Positions 46,905-56,177 of a stretch of DNA of 64,000 bases are shown piece after piece (the first letter of the stretch is position 1; every line of letters begins with the position of its first letter). Source of the DNA: an uncultured bacterium (GTDB lineage Bacteria > Patescibacteriota > Minisyncoccia > Phycocordibacterales > UBA2100). A model generated the notes under the pieces. The model ran no database searches and was not told the origin of the DNA. It saw only the letters and a program-made list of their open reading frames with translations. The DNA is taken from assembly GCA_903824595.1 (NCBI GenBank), contig CAIJXH010000002.1, forward strand, positions 7,209-71,208. Direction: 5' to 3'. Position numbers and translations under genes: made by a program.

Positions 46905-48080
46905 TCATTTTCGCGCAGAAACTAAAGCCGATAACACGATCACCACATACTCAATATCACGTTTTTTCGTCCCTCTCCCCAGAGAAAATCGTATGGTATG
47001 CGATGCACGCCACGCATCGGTTGAAACACCACATAAAGACGCAACGACGTGCGATGCCGTCTCGCCTTCGCGACACGCGCTTTTGGTTGACACGGCAATT
47101 CCCGCGTGATCGAGTGCTAACGCCAGATATTCTCCAGAAATTCCTGGTATCGATACGTTTAGTATGTGCGGAAGCGCGCACCGAAGATCGCCATTGACGC
47201 GCGCATCTGGAATACTCGCGCATAAACGCTGTGCCAAATGATCGCGCAGTTTCTTCACCCGTATTGCTTCAGTGTGACGATGACGTACCATCTCGGCACA
47301 TGCAGATGCAAACCCAGTCGCAAGAGCTACGTTTTCGGTACCAGACCACCACCCTTTTTCTTGCGCTCCCCCATACACAACGGGACGCAATCCCATATCG
47401 CCACGCACATACAACGCCCCAATACCATGCGGTCCGTACATTTTATTTGATCCGAACGATGCCAGGGAGACGCCAAGCGAGTGAATGAGCGTCGACTCGT
47501 ACAGCGGTGCCTGTCCGACATCGGTGTGAAATGCAATTCGAGTGCGATGTGTTTGTTCATGAACGCGAAGTGCACGAGCAATGTCGGCGAGCGGTTGAAT
47601 AATGCCAATCTCACTGTTCGCCCACCCCACAGACACGAAGACAGTTTCTGGACGCAATACGTCACACACCGCGGCAGGCGTAATAATGCCTCGCGCATCG
47701 GGCGCAACATACGACACCACGCCACCCATTCTTTCGATCTCATGAAAACATTCCCCTATCGACGGATGTTCGATAGTATCTACGATCCAGTGCGTACCCA
47801 CCATCGACGGCAACGATTGCGCAAAACCAATAACAGCAAGACTGTTTGCCGCAGTAAGACTAGGTGTAAAAACCAACTCACGCGCCTTTATTCCAAAAAC
47901 TCCCGCAATACGTTCGCGCGCATCATTGAGCGCACGCTTCGCCGCCACGCCCTCGGCATGAATAGCACTTGGATTACCCACGAGCTTTTCTGTGGTGCGC
48001 ATCGCACGAATCGCCGTCGCCAACACAGGAGACGCGCTCGCGTAATCGAGGTATATGCGACGTTTTTTTGCCTTATACAT
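46905..48080 (-). CDS. iscS: cysteine desulfurase (IscS/NifS family)
   Basis: IYLDYASASP, GNPSAIH, NKMYGPHGIG, SGTEN, STKSAC, IRFSLG. Confidence 0.9.
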   Translation of the reverse strand: MYKAKKRRIYLDYASASPVLATAIRAMRTTEKLVGNPSAIHAEGVAAKRALNDARERIAGVFGIKARELVFTPSLTAANSLAVIGFAQSLPSMVGTHWIVDTIEHPSIGECFHEIERMGGVVSYVAPDARGIITPAAVCDVLRPETVFVSVGWANSEIGIIQPLADIARALRVHEQTHRTRIAFHTDVGQAPLYESTLIHSLGVSLASFGSNKMYGPHGIGALYVRGDMGLRPVVYGGAQEKGWWSGTENVALATGFASACAEMVRHRHTEAIRVKKLRDHLAQRLCASIPDARVNGDLRCALPHILNVSIPGISGEYLALALDHAGIAVSTKSACREGETASHVVASLCGVSTDAWRASHTIRFSLGRGTKKRDIEYVVIVLSALVSARK

Positions 48081-48148
48081 TGCCAGATTCTGCAACATCT
48101 TGTATACTTATGCAATATTCTCGAGTCCTATGGCACTCATTTTTTCAT

Positions 48149-49654
48149 ATGAATCACGATATCAAGTCACACGCCATAGAACGCCCACCTGTCGTCGTCG
48201 TCATGGGACACGTGGATCACGGTAAATCTACGCTCCTTGATTTCATCCGTAAATCAAACATCGTCTCAAAGGAAGCAGGGGGCATCACGCAGCATGTCGC
48301 CGCATACGAGGTAACGCGCGAGCACGAGGGTGAACAGAAACGCATCACCTTTATCGACACGCCGGGGCACGCCGCATTTCAAACCATTCGCGCGCGCGGT
48401 GCCACCATAGCAGACATTGCTATTCTTGTCGTCGCAGCAGATGATGGGGTGAAAGCACAAACACTCGAGGCATTGCAAAGCATCCGAGACGCCCATGTTC
48501 CCTTCATTGTTGCAATCAATAAAATCGACAAACCAAATGCAAATATCGAGCGCACCCAAGGCTCACTTGCTGAACATGGAGTATATCTAGAAAAACTGGG
48601 CGGTGATGTGCCATGGACGGCAATTTCTGCGAAAACAGGAGGGGGGGTCGATGAGCTTCTCGACCTCATCCTCATTGTTGCTGAATTTCGTGAGCTCCGA
48701 GCACATCCAGCATCGCTTGCTCGCGGGTACGTCATCGAGGCGCATCGCGACCACAAACGCGGCATGGCCGCGACATTGATTATTACCGATGGCACCCTTG
48801 AACTCGGCATGTCGGTTGTCGCGGGACGCGGCATATCACCAGTCCGCATCATGCAAGACGCATCGGGCAAAACACTAAAAACAGCGACATTCTCAATGCC
48901 AATTACCCTTATCGGGTTTGACATACTCCCCGAAGTCGGAGCGACATTCATCGCATATGCAAACAAACGTGACGCAGAAGCGGCGCGTCCGTCTGGAAGC
49001 CCGCCCCCTACACACACCCCTACACACACTCCTGAATCGGTCGATCATTTTGCACTTCCCATTATTGTGCGTGCCGACACGACAGGTTCGTTAGAAGCAA
49101 TCGCGCACGAGGTTGTCACGCTTGGCAATGAACGGTCGTCAGTGCGCATCGTACAATCGGGCATCGGTGATATATCAGAAAATGACACGAAGGCAGCTCT
49201 CGCCGGCTCACTCCACGCATCCGTCTTTGGATTCAATGTTGAAGCTGATCAGACAGTGCGCGAATATGCGCGCAGACAAGGTGTCCGCATTGAAACTTTT
49301 GATATCATATACAAACTTACCGAGCGACTCCAGGAACTCATGGTTGACATGCGTCCAGAGCGACGCGTCGAGGAGGTTGTAGGCAAAGCTCGCGTTCTCA
49401 AGCTATTTTCGACTCGCAAAGATATGCACGTCGTCGGCTGTGTCGTACATGAGGGATACATGACGCGCAATGCCACCACGAAGATAATGCGACGCGGCGT
49501 GTTGATAGGAATTGGTACCGTACGCAATATCCAATCACACAAACAAGACGTGTCCCGCGTCGACACCGATTCAGAATGCGGCGTTGAATTGACCTCGTCA
49601 TTCGAGATAACCCAGGGCGACGTGCTTGAATGTTATGTTACCTCTGTTTCTTGA
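48149..49654 (+). CDS. infB: translation initiation factor IF-2 (compact)
   Basis: MGHVDHGKS, GGITQH, DTPGH, NKID, ECG. Confidence 0.97.
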   Translation: MNHDIKSHAIERPPVVVVMGHVDHGKSTLLDFIRKSNIVSKEAGGITQHVAAYEVTREHEGEQKRITFIDTPGHAAFQTIRARGATIADIAILVVAADDGVKAQTLEALQSIRDAHVPFIVAINKIDKPNANIERTQGSLAEHGVYLEKLGGDVPWTAISAKTGGGVDELLDLILIVAEFRELRAHPASLARGYVIEAHRDHKRGMAATLIITDGTLELGMSVVAGRGISPVRIMQDASGKTLKTATFSMPITLIGFDILPEVGATFIAYANKRDAEAARPSGSPPPTHTPTHTPESVDHFALPIIVRADTTGSLEAIAHEVVTLGNERSSVRIVQSGIGDISENDTKAALAGSLHASVFGFNVEADQTVREYARRQGVRIETFDIIYKLTERLQELMVDMRPERRVEEVVGKARVLKLFSTRKDMHVVGCVVHEGYMTRNATTKIMRRGVLIGIGTVRNIQSHKQDVSRVDTDSECGVELTSSFEITQGDVLECYVTSVS

Positions 49655-49656
49655 AT

Positions 49657-49983
49657 ATGAATACCAACAGACACAACAAGCTCACCCAAGAAATTGCGCG
49701 TCTCGCGGGAGATTTTTTTATGCGCAATGTACGCGTCCCAGATACGCTGCTTACCGTTACGAGAGCCGTTATTGCAGACAACCTAACTCGCGCGACGATT
49801 TTCTTTTCTGTGTTACCAGAACATCGAGAATCCATAGCGCTCGCCATAGCCAAGCGCGCGCGTTCCGATTTTCGGACATACGTGAAAGAACGCCGCCTAT
49901 TCCACCCCATACCAATCTTCGATTTTGACATTGACGCGGGCGAGAAGAACAGACAACGCGTCGATGAGCTCACACGCGCATAA
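49657..49983 (+). CDS. rbfA: ribosome-binding factor A
   Basis: LTVTR, DNL..ATIFFSV, P.FDFDID; follows infB. Confidence 0.85.
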   Translation: MNTNRHNKLTQEIARLAGDFFMRNVRVPDTLLTVTRAVIADNLTRATIFFSVLPEHRESIALAIAKRARSDFRTYVKERRLFHPIPIFDFDIDAGEKNRQRVDELTRA

Positions 49984-50017
49984 AACCATCGTTGACTGTG
50001 CTATAGTGTTCGCCATC

Positions 50018-50090
50018 GGCCCGATGGCGAAGTAGCAACGCGGCGGTCTGCAAAACCGCTACTGGGTGGGTGCAACTCCCACTCGGGCCT
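50018..50090 (+). tRNA. tRNA-Cys(GCA)
   Basis: GGCCCGA/TCGGGCC acceptor, U discriminator, anticodon loop CTGCAAA, atypical T loop TGCAACT. Confidence 0.92.
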
Positions 50091-50112
50091 CCGATAAAGA
50101 TGGGTGATCGCG

Positions 50113-50673
50113 CTATTTCACCGCGGCGATAAAACTGGTGTAATTGAATTTCAAATCCTGAATTGACTCTTCAAGAATGTCGAGACCGTAGAGCTTTGCC
50201 GCCGTGCGCGATGCGATAACAGCCGTATGTTCCGAGAGCACGCCACACGCAAGATCTTCCGCCGCTTTCGCCGTGTCTGCATATTCATGCATATGCACGT
50301 TCGTCCATTTACGTCGCATATACATACGACACTGCTTGAGCGCCTGATCATGAGAGGTAATCATCGTAACCATATCCGCGGTGGTGCCGCGACGTACCAA
50401 AAGGTTGTGATGCACGTCAATCTCAAATATCTTTTTGATGGTAAAACGATGCTTCGCCATAGCGTACACCGCTTCAATCACGATACCGCCGTTGGAATTC
50501 TCGATAGGAAATATGCCCACGGCAATTTTCCCCGCTTCAAGAGCCGCGAGGACGTTTTCTGCCGACACAAGACAGTCTAGCGAAAATCTTTTGATACCCA
50601 ATTTCGCAGCATACGTGCGCGCCGCCTCTTCCGAGAAGCTGCCGCGTGCGCCAGAAATTCCAATGGTCACCAT
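50113..50673 (-). CDS. prephenate dehydratase catalytic domain only
   Basis: GSFSEEAA, PIENSNGG, SHDQALKQC, DTAKAA, IQD..FNYTSF; no ACT domain. Confidence 0.85.
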   Translation of the reverse strand: MVTIGISGARGSFSEEAARTYAAKLGIKRFSLDCLVSAENVLAALEAGKIAVGIFPIENSNGGIVIEAVYAMAKHRFTIKKIFEIDVHHNLLVRRGTTADMVTMITSHDQALKQCRMYMRRKWTNVHMHEYADTAKAAEDLACGVLSEHTAVIASRTAAKLYGLDILEESIQDLKFNYTSFIAAVK

Positions 50674-50712
50674 CGTGGTATCCTACGCCATCCACCCTAT
50701 ATCTTCAAGAAT

Positions 50713-51735
50713 TTATGTACTAACCGTATACCTTCCGTCAGGAAGACGCACAAATGTACTCGCCTGGAGATTGACAGCAATCGTCGCATCTTTGACATAC
50801 CGCTCACGCTTCACACGTTCAATAATATCAACGCGCGACAAAGGACCTTCGCGTTCCAAAACACTCGCAATCACGTCACGAACAATACCCGGCTGATATC
50901 CCCACTCTTTCAAAGCATACAATCCACGCCCCACAAGCACGAAACGCGCATCTTTGATGAGTTCATTGTGTGTGGTCGCCGCATGAGCTTCGCGCTTGAA
51001 AAGATTTTTGATACTTTTGGCAACTTCGGAGAAATGCATCGGTGAACCATGTCGCTTGAGTGTCAGATACGCAAAATCACGTGTGTTTTTGATGCGTACA
51101 TGCGGAGATTCCATCCTGCCCCATTCCCCGAGCGGATTTTTGCCGACTCGTTTAGAAATCTGCAACCAGCGAGCCAATACGTCTGGTTGACGATTTTTTA
51201 TCTCGTGTTTTTTCAGTAAATCAGAGAACAATTCAAGAATCTCCTGCTCTGGCACCAGACGAGTTGGCTCGATCGCTTCATAGAGATTTGCGAGAGCGCG
51301 TTCAACCTGTTCGGCAAGCGTGTCATCAACATGCCAGCGGGTTTTGAAATCGGCGTCCTCGCGACGATCAGAAAAATGATGCCCAACCGTGAGGAGAAAG
51401 ATGATATGCGCGCGATCCGCAGACGATTTAGGCACCTCATCAAGGATCGTTTCCTCGGATACTACGCCACCTAGATTTTGAATTGCTTTCTTGAGATCGC
51501 CCCAAGCGCTTGAGTGGGTTTCGTATGCGTCAGAATCTCGCACCGAAGAAATACCATGACTCTCTATTTGACGGATACGTTCACGCGTTATGTTATACTC
51601 CTTACCGATTGAATCAAGTGTGCGTCGCTCCCCGCGTGGAGTGAGCCCGAAGCGATCAATAAGAACCTTTCGGGATCTCTCTGGAAGACCTGAGAGCAAA
51701 TCACGACTTACAGAACGTGGTGAAAAAGTAAGCAT
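50713..51735 (-). CDS. sigma-70 region 4-like HTH protein with C-terminal winged-helix domains
   Basis: RFGL...TLDSIGKEYNITRERIRQIE; FVLVGRGLYALKEW. Confidence 0.8.
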   Translation of the reverse strand: MLTFSPRSVSRDLLSGLPERSRKVLIDRFGLTPRGERRTLDSIGKEYNITRERIRQIESHGISSVRDSDAYETHSSAWGDLKKAIQNLGGVVSEETILDEVPKSSADRAHIIFLLTVGHHFSDRREDADFKTRWHVDDTLAEQVERALANLYEAIEPTRLVPEQEILELFSDLLKKHEIKNRQPDVLARWLQISKRVGKNPLGEWGRMESPHVRIKNTRDFAYLTLKRHGSPMHFSEVAKSIKNLFKREAHAATTHNELIKDARFVLVGRGLYALKEWGYQPGIVRDVIASVLEREGPLSRVDIIERVKRERYVKDATIAVNLQASTFVRLPDGRYTVST

Positions 51736-51773
51736 ATGAAATAAAATTGACTTATTTGTTGACTTGTTCCCTT

Positions 51774-51802
51774 GTTATAGCAACCATCCTTTCATCTGTC
51801 AA
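51774..51802 (-). promoter_or_regulatory. sigma70-type promoter
   Basis: TTGACA-17 nt-TATAAC with TG extension. Confidence 0.75.
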
Positions 51803-51810
51803 ATATCTCC

Positions 51811-51884
51811 TGGCTGGGGGACTTGGGCTCGAACCAAGATTGAGAGCTTCAAAGGCTCCTGTCCTACCGTTAGACGATCCCCCA
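51811..51884 (-). tRNA. tRNA-Gln(TTG)
   Basis: TGGGGGA acceptor, anticodon loop CTTTGAA, CCA encoded. Confidence 0.95.
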
Positions 51885-51943
51885 AACGAACGCCTGTATT
51901 ATAGCCGTGCTTCTGCAGAGACGCCACTGGCACCCTACTTGCG

Positions 51944-53242
51944 TCAATATGAAAATCCTTCTGAATGAATGTGGCGCGTAGGGACCCCCGCGGCAACAAG
52001 TTCGTTTGTTATGCCGATGACCATACCCGGTGGACCACAGAGGAAAACATCGCGATCAAACACATCGGGACATGTTTTGATTATCTCCGATGCATCAATC
52101 TTTTGCGCGGGAGTCACATCCGACACATACGTATGCACCTGAACTCCCGCGTGCATGAGTTCGTGTATAAGTGGAGTATCGGAACGCATCTTGTTTGCCA
52201 CAAAAGCGACCGCATCAGCAGGACGCGCCAGATCTCGGATCATGGCAACAATTGGCGTTATACCAATTCCACCCGCCACAAAACAAAATCTCCCCGTTTC
52301 TGCGAGATTGCACGTAAAGTGCCCCATCGGGCCATCAATGATAACTCGCGTCCCTGGAACAAGATTCTCGATGGTATTGGTAAAATCACCAAGTTTTTTT
52401 ATCGACACACGCAGGTCGATGCCGTTATACGGTTGAGAAAAAGAGAACGGATGATGCGAACATAATCCGCGCTGCAAAAACATGAAGTGCGCATACTGCC
52501 CAGCCTTGAAGCGAAATGATCTCATGTGCCTGCCCGTGATATAAATTGATACTACGGTATCCGACTCACGCACGACACGTGCGATACGAAAATCATGCCA
52601 CACCACATACCACAACGGACGAAACACGCGATACCAGAGAAACACACATCCGACCAGAAGCGCGAGAGTTGTCCAATATGTGCGAGCGAGAGAATCCGCC
52701 ATATCACCCGATGAAATTTGATGCATGAACGAAAACGCTATCGCGCCATAAAGAAACAAATGAAACGCATACCACAGCTCGTACCGAAACAATGTCCTCA
52801 CAGCTCGTATAGACATGATCCCGATCGCGAGTATGACAACCGCTCCCACGAGCGCATACACAACATTGTCCCACGTGGTGATAAACACACTACATTGTTC
52901 AAACACACCACGATGATCACGCGCCGCATAACCACCCACAAGCAAACATACGTGTATCACGATCATCCCGAGAATGGAAAAACCACATAGTCGATGCATG
53001 CGCGGCGCAGAGAAACTTGGGAACGCATCAAGTAGCGGCATGCGACTTGCGAGGAGAACCTGACAAAAGACAAGGAGCATAAGCGCAAGTCCCGCAAGTC
53101 TCCCGAATGCAATTGCGATACTCGCTCCAAGACCAGACACGAGCATTGATTCGGATCCCGCAAGCCAGAAGACAATCGTCGCAACCACCACCGCTATGAG
53201 AGCGCCTATCGTTATCAGCGCGACGTAGTCATTTCGTGACAT
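51944..53242 (-). CDS. ferric reductase-like TM domain fused to FAD/NAD(P)-binding oxidoreductase
   Basis: Paired TM histidines, HPFS, GDFT, DGPMG, AGGIGITP, FLCGP, EGF. Confidence 0.9.
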   Translation of the reverse strand: MSRNDYVALITIGALIAVVVATIVFWLAGSESMLVSGLGASIAIAFGRLAGLALMLLVFCQVLLASRMPLLDAFPSFSAPRMHRLCGFSILGMIVIHVCLLVGGYAARDHRGVFEQCSVFITTWDNVVYALVGAVVILAIGIMSIRAVRTLFRYELWYAFHLFLYGAIAFSFMHQISSGDMADSLARTYWTTLALLVGCVFLWYRVFRPLWYVVWHDFRIARVVRESDTVVSIYITGRHMRSFRFKAGQYAHFMFLQRGLCSHHPFSFSQPYNGIDLRVSIKKLGDFTNTIENLVPGTRVIIDGPMGHFTCNLAETGRFCFVAGGIGITPIVAMIRDLARPADAVAFVANKMRSDTPLIHELMHAGVQVHTYVSDVTPAQKIDASEIIKTCPDVFDRDVFLCGPPGMVIGITNELVAAGVPTRHIHSEGFSY

Positions 53243-53636
53243 TGCCTATATAGAAAGAAGAAAGCTCCTGATCAACTCCTGGTCTGGCGTGCGCACGAAC
53301 ACGCGCAAAAACTGCCGACGCATCTTTACCACACTCGTCAACAATAGCCTGCGATCCTCCGGGATGCACCGATTCAAACCGTGTCATGTCGTAGACTTTC
53401 CCCTCAACGATCAGCCAACAATCGCCAGCAGTATCGTGCTGTGCCACACGCGTACGCGTGATATCAGAAGACGTGTGCGTTGTGGTTTGTATCACAGGTG
53501 CTTTTGCCACAGACGTTGTTGCAGACACACTCGTTGTCGTAGGAGCGACGGGAGCAAACATCTTCGACGCATACGCAATCACTCCAACGCCCGCAACAGC
53601 AAACAACATCGCTCCCGTGAATACAACACGACTCAT
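53229..53636 (-). CDS. membrane-anchored cytochrome b5-like protein
   Basis: DCWLIVEGKVYDMT, HPGG, CGKDAS, YIG. Confidence 0.9.
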   Translation of the reverse strand: MSRVVFTGAMLFAVAGVGVIAYASKMFAPVAPTTTSVSATTSVAKAPVIQTTTHTSSDITRTRVAQHDTAGDCWLIVEGKVYDMTRFESVHPGGSQAIVDECGKDASAVFARVRAHARPGVDQELSSFYIGNVTK

Positions 53637-53680
53637 ATGCGGCATAGTGTACCACATTCCCATGCTACTATGTCAGCTGT

Positions 53681-55138
53681 ATGCGGCACTCTTTTGTTCC
53701 CCCGATAGGCGCGACACTGATCATCTTTGCGATGATGTGCAGTGGCGCAGTCTACGGACATGTGCATGCCAATACCCCAAGCATCACCTCATTGGTGGCA
53801 ACCCCACCATATGTACCCAATAACTACACAACCACCCTGTCGTGGAACACCACAGGAGTCACGGGACAAAAGCTGATGTTCGATTGTGTGCTCGGCGTGA
53901 CCGCGAAAAACACCGATGGAACATCATTTCCATGTGGTACCCGTCAATCGGTGGGCGCGCAAGCCGCATCAGACTCATTCGGACTTTCTTTCACCAATGT
54001 AACGGGCGGCACACGAGATGTTCACCTGACGCTCTATCCTTCCATCGACACGAGTACCGATTACGACACAGGAGCAGCAAGCACCGTTATATCCGTGCAA
54101 CCATCTTTTCAACCAATTACCAACATCTCGATTACACCGCCCGCAACATCGACGACGCCCTCTGGGGCACCGATCACCCTGTCATGGACAGGTGTCGATG
54201 CGAGCGGCGTCAATGTACAAATCGCCTGTATCGAGGGTGTGAAAGTGTTCGCTTCGCCAACGGCGACCGATCCGCTACCATGCGGACTACCAGCATTCTC
54301 CAGCGACCTGCCCATCTCGGGAAATGTTACAGTCTACGCAACCAACACAACTTCCGAGCCACGAACTCTTACATTCACTGTCTTACCAGAGATAGGAGGA
54401 GCCACCTATGACGCGACACGATCACTTTCCACCAACGCAACGATTGCACCCGTTCCTATACCGGGAAAACCAATCGCGACATCTCTCTTCGCATCGGCAA
54501 TGCGATTACTCTCCAATGATATTCTTGCGATTTCGTGGTCAACCGCCAGTAGCACGGGAGCAAATCTCACCTTTTCATGCGTAGACGGACTGACCGTATA
54601 TGTCGCCAGTTCCACCGAGCGTATTGCTCTTCCGTGCGGAACGACGGCTTTCGCCTCGCCACTTCCTGCAGTGGGCAGCACAACAATTTCTATATCCAAC
54701 AGCAACTCGTACGGCATCTCGATGACGATCACCATTCTTCCGCAAGACAGTGCTGGCGCATATTATCAAACAGCGTCGCGCTCACTCACCACTACCATCT
54801 ATCCAGCGGGTGCAAACTTTGCTGCAAACCAGATTCAACCAACCACAACACCCGCAATACATACTGAACCAACGACACACGTGCGCCATTCATATATATT
54901 TTCTCGATCGCTTCAAAGAGGATCTCGCAATGTCGACGTACAAGCGTTGCAAACATTTTTGGCACTCGACGCATCTATCTATCCAGAAGGAGCAGTGTCG
55001 GGATACTACGGTCTTGCAACTGAACGCGCCGTCAAGCGTTTTCAGAAGAAATACCTACTCGCCACACAGAGCGATTCTGGATTTGGGTGCGTGGGACCAA
55101 AAACACGAACCGTCCTCAACACGCTTACGACACCGTAG
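53681..55138 (+). CDS. secreted protein with three Cys-pair repeats and a C-terminal peptidoglycan-binding domain
   Basis: Three SW...C..G...PCG units; LQRGS..DVQALQTFL, GYYG..T..AVKRFQ, VGPKTR. Confidence 0.85.
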   Translation: MRHSFVPPIGATLIIFAMMCSGAVYGHVHANTPSITSLVATPPYVPNNYTTTLSWNTTGVTGQKLMFDCVLGVTAKNTDGTSFPCGTRQSVGAQAASDSFGLSFTNVTGGTRDVHLTLYPSIDTSTDYDTGAASTVISVQPSFQPITNISITPPATSTTPSGAPITLSWTGVDASGVNVQIACIEGVKVFASPTATDPLPCGLPAFSSDLPISGNVTVYATNTTSEPRTLTFTVLPEIGGATYDATRSLSTNATIAPVPIPGKPIATSLFASAMRLLSNDILAISWSTASSTGANLTFSCVDGLTVYVASSTERIALPCGTTAFASPLPAVGSTTISISNSNSYGISMTITILPQDSAGAYYQTASRSLTTTIYPAGANFAANQIQPTTTPAIHTEPTTHVRHSYIFSRSLQRGSRNVDVQALQTFLALDASIYPEGAVSGYYGLATERAVKRFQKKYLLATQSDSGFGCVGPKTRTVLNTLTTP

Positions 55139-56177
55139 TCGATCCACACACGTCTATCACCGCAAGTTCGAGCGGTAATTGAGGTATCGCGGCATACGCC
55201 ATGGTCGCATATGCATCAAGCAACGCGCGAAGCGTTTCGGAATGTATGCCTGGTTCTTTTGATAATTCTCTTACCATCGCAATGTCCGATTCAGATAGTT
55301 CGCGCACATATCGCTCAATGAGATCGGGAGCAAAACGCATGAGAAGCACGGCGCGCAATCGGTGAATAAGCAATTTTGTAAGTACGCGCGCGTCGGTATG
55401 TGATGCAACGACTGCGTCAATCGCGGCAAGCGCACCCGATACGTCTTTCTTTGCAATTGCCGAAAGGATGACTCGAATCGATTCTCCGCGCGGCGCGCCA
55501 GAGACCATCTCGACATCAGAAAGATTGATATGTGTACCTGATGATGCGGCGAGTACTTTTTGCAAAAGCGAAAGCGCATCGCGGAACGACCCTTCGGCGA
55601 TCAGCGCAATGAGTTCAGCAGCGGATCGCTCGAGTGTGTACGCTTCTTTTTTTGCAATGTCACCAACGATATCAGCAAGCATCGCGCGCGTTGGCTGCTT
55701 GAACGAATACACTTCACAACGCGACTGGATCGTGTCTGGAACCTTATCGCGTTCGGTTGTCGCCATCACAAACAAACAATGTGCAGGCGGCTCTTCGAGC
55801 GTTTTCAAAAATGCATTCCATGCGTCTTTGGTGAGCATGTGTGCTTCATCGATGATGTATAGTTTGTAAGGCGATTCAAACGGGAGTGCGAGCACCCCTT
55901 CGCGCAATTCACGAATATCGTCGATGCCTCTATTGGAAGCCGCATCAATCTCATATAAATCACGATCAGTGACTCCGATTTCCTTCGCTAGAATACGCGC
56001 AACACTTGTCTTCCCCGTGCCACGACCTCCGCAGAAGAGGTAGGCATGCGCAAATTTTTTGTTCTCGATCGCCCGCCTCAACACGTCCGTAACATGCTGT
56101 TGTCCGCGTACCGCGTCAAAATCACTCGGGCGATAGGTACGATACAGTGTCTGATGCCGCTTTTCTTCCTTTTTCAT
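55125..56177 (-). CDS. dnaX: DNA polymerase III gamma/tau subunit
   Basis: YRPSDF, GRGTGKT, EIDAASN, IIDEAHML, LKTLEEPP, SRC. Confidence 0.96.
   Translation of the reverse strand: MKKEEKRHQTLYRTYRPSDFDAVRGQQHVTDVLRRAIENKKFAHAYLFCGGRGTGKTSVARILAKEIGVTDRDLYEIDAASNRGIDDIRELREGVLALPFESPYKLYIIDEAHMLTKDAWNAFLKTLEEPPAHCLFVMATTERDKVPDTIQSRCEVYSFKQPTRAMLADIVGDIAKKEAYTLERSAAELIALIAEGSFRDALSLLQKVLAASSGTHINLSDVEMVSGAPRGESIRVILSAIAKKDVSGALAAIDAVVASHTDARVLTKLLIHRLRAVLLMRFAPDLIERYVRELSESDIAMVRELSKEPGIHSETLRALLDAYATMAYAAIPQLPLELAVIDVCGSTTVS

Noticed and set aside
49005-49032. CCTACACACAC tandem duplication in infB
   Set aside because: Two copies in a flexible linker; simple slippage.
30599-50090. tRNA genes lacking encoded CCA (Phe, Trp, Tyr, Cys)
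   Set aside because: Common in bacteria with a CCA-adding enzyme; no tRNA introns seen.
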